A model generated the notes under the pieces. It was not told where the DNA came from, made no database searches, and was given only the letters and a program-made list of their open reading frames with translations. Below, piece after piece: positions 61,316-64,000 of a DNA stretch of 64,000 nt. Origin of the DNA: Macrostomum lignano (Eukaryota); contig NIVC01002633.1 of the NCBI GenBank assembly GCA_002269645.1, positions 1-64,000 of the forward strand, written 5' to 3'. Both the position numbers and the translations under genes were made by a program. Each line of letters opens with the position of its first letter. Position 1 is the stretch's first letter.

Positions 61316-62589
61316 CTCTGGAGAGCTTCTTCTCGGTGCTGGTGTGTTCTGTAGCTCAGCTCAGGCCGGATCGCAAGCCAGCATTTACCAGAGCAGATGC
61401 GGCAACAACTGAGGCGCAAGGCGATATGGTGCTCGCACTGTAGCTGTCATAAAGTATCAATGCAGCGCCTCCAAGTGCCCAAGAACCACCTCAGAGCGAG
61501 CCTGTAGGTGGAATAAAACTCCGCCCCGACTGCTCATCGCGCTGGGGAAAGGATACAAAATTAAATACAAAGATGTGTACAAGCTCTGTACGAGAGTACG
61601 AGAGTTACTTGCTGCGTGACCTGGTAGCGCTGCGGCTGATTGTATCTGGAGGTGGCCAAGCCATTCAGCTTGTGCTTGGTGGCATAAATTACCTAGCTGT
61701 TATTTTATTAATTCGGCAAGACTTTCACGAGAACAGGGTGTCGCCCACGGTAGAGTGAAAATTAAATATACCGAGTGATAGCTTATTAGTGAGTGGCCTG
61801 TGCGAGCACCTTAGGGTGTTCGCACATAGGGAGTTATACACGTTATACTGTGTATGGGCGTTATACTGATACATTTATGGTGGCGGACGAGTCACAAAAA
61901 ATATGGTTCAAGAGTATATTGCTCATAATGTATGTAAACAAGCGCAAGGCATGCAAAACTACGAGTATTTTTGGCGAGAAGTGATGAGGACGCACTTTTT
62001 TTCCAAATTTCACGCTCGCACATGGGCTCCAAACTTGGTAGCCTACTAATAGCAGGCTATGGGCGTTTTTCTCCTTTTTTCTAATTTTCCTAGAATTCAT
62101 ACTAGTAGGACTTTTGTAGCTATATGAATCTGCAATACTTGTAGTTATAATAACATGGGCGCGGTTTTTTGCTGCTTTTGGGGTCATAAACCATTGCTTT
62201 TGAGCTAGTCTGACAGCCACCTGCGCCTCACTCAATGCTGAGGCTGGCGCCAGATGGTCTGAGAAGATGCGGGCGGTAGCTTTTTTCTCACATTTTTGAC
62301 AGGCCATCAGATTTATGAGGTCAGGGCCTATTAATTGTTCGTGTTCACTCAAGCGTTTGACAGTTCTGACAGCTATGCGTTTTACCCCTAAAAGTACGTT
62401 GGGATTAGCGATTAGTGAATTTTCTTCACCATCTTCACTTTCTACTTAATGAGACCTTTCTAATGTGTATTTTTTCATTAATTTTTGTCATTCCTACGCG
62501 AAAGGTCATAAATCATTATGTAGCGATTTTGAGTGAGTTTTGACTGCACCTGCTTATGGCCCCGAGGGAACTGATAGGATCTTCTGGTC

Positions 62590-62720
62590 ACGTGAGTTTG
62601 GGTGGCAACAAGCTTAGCCAATCAGAAAATTCGATGTCAGTTATAACAAATCGGCTCAGCCAATCAGCGTCGAGGTGTTCCATTACAACAAATTGTGGTC
62701 CAGTTGGCGGCTATTTAAAC
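62590..62720 (+). promoter_or_regulatory. Promoter/LTR-like cluster: E-box, two CCAAT boxes, TATA-like
   Basis: cacgtg ~62590, agccaatcag ~62616 and ~62657, tatttaaa ~62712; no downstream gene identified. Confidence 0.35.
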
Positions 62721-64000
62721 CGGTGTTTTTGGCCCCCTCGGACCTCAACCTCCTAAGACCTTGTCCTAACTTAGACCTCCCGGAGCTCGACCGTCGTCTC
62801 TTGATCCCCGGATCGCAACTTCCCCCGTCACCATCAAGAACGAATTCCCCCGGTCATCAGCAGCGAACATCAAGGTTAAGATCATCACCTGCTAGCTATC
62901 TGCGAAGATTGTGACATCAGCATCATCCCGGGTCTACAGCTGCGAAGCACTAAGCCGATTCGGTCACTGTGGATTACTTGGTCTCCGGCTGTTGAGTTTC
63001 TGATTGGTTGGGGGAGAGGCTACCTAGACTTGCTTGATTGGGTGATTCCTTATCTGTCCCCCATTTCAGTAGCTGGATTAGGCGCACACTTTTGCTCATT
63101 TTGTTCAGTAGTGCTGTTATTGAGGCAGAAATCACTTAATAAATAATACTAATAGTAGTCTGATACTCCGATACAATCTGAAGTGTGAAGGGATTTAGTG
63201 AGAAGGTTAAATCTAACAGTTATTTTTATCGGTTTTATTTCTTTGTTCGCCGATGGCTCAGATGAATAGCTAAGCTAGTAGGCTCCGGTCACAGTGGACC
63301 AATGGCAAGGCAGTCCTCAGTCGATCAATCTATCAAATCAGTTAGCAAAAGTGCCAATAGTGCAAAATCGGCGCTGGAGATGTACTCTGTGCACTCTAGG
63401 TTCGCCAAGCGGCTCGGGTAATGAATCATGCGGCCTCCGAAGCTCGAGTTAGTCTATCATCAGCGCTACGAGAGGCTGGTTGGCGCGTTGAAGGCCAAAA
63501 GTACAATTCCTCGTATTTAGCAATGTAACAGTACATGTAACTACCCCATAGTCTCGCCACTGCAAGAATCCCCTGCACAAGTCCCCTCTGTACCTGCATG
63601 GCCAATGCGATCAAGTCCCAGTCCCAGCAGTGTCCCTTATCATCGGCTATGACCTCGAGATTGACAGCAAAAAGACACTAGTTGGCAGGTAAGTGCTAAG
63701 CCCCCCCTAGTCGGAAGACCGATTTCGAAAGTTCCGGTTTGGTGAGCCAGAACGCACGGGCTGTGGCAGCGGGTTAGTCAATCTGCGGATTGGCTGATCT
63801 CTACCTTCAAAATTCTCCCTGCTTGTCTCTCGCTTTCATGTCCCTCTCTTAGCTATAGGACCTAGACTGCTCGCCACAGATCAAGCTACCATGGGGCTGA
63901 CCAGCTGACAGGAGTGGGAGCCAGGACTCTAATGGATTCATTTTTGAGACCTGATCGGCCCGAAGGCTTCCACAAAGGAGCCGAAAAGGCCGAAATCCAA

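Noticed and set aside
61861-62352. 163-aa minus-strand ORF
   Set aside because: No motif recognised and no ATG-based or splice support; possibly TE debris.

Overview
Eukaryotic (animal) genomic DNA. GC-rich spliced exons, short introns filled with minisatellites and TTAGGG-type repeats suggest an invertebrate such as a Macrostomum-like flatworm (inference only). 1-16.3 kb is a head-to-tail train of Helitrons: four non-autonomous units (A-B-A-B) followed by a full-length, 9-exon Rep-Helicase element with two small lesions. 16.3-23 kb holds minisatellites, a decayed LINE RT, a G-rich tract and a 1.39-kb near-perfect foldback element. Host genes: a 10-exon phosphatidylserine synthase (PTDSS1-like; intron 1 holds a mariner relic with a 45-bp satellite inside it), an AFG2/SPATA5-like double AAA ATPase, a pannexin-like channel (minus strand), a 14-exon GABA-B-like class C GPCR whose intron carries an intact Loa/R1-group non-LTR retrotransposon, and a 90-aa Cys-tailed membrane peptide. 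Most striking: (1) at least five intronic minisatellites are built from their own intron's splice signals (acceptor, donor or branch point), with the functional copy at the exon-proximal end; (2) the Helitron concatemer has exact CTCG|TC junctions; (3) a CpG-free, AT-shifted domain extends into exon 1 of PTDSS1. Exon models were built by hand from splice motifs and remembered family motifs; no database search was run.
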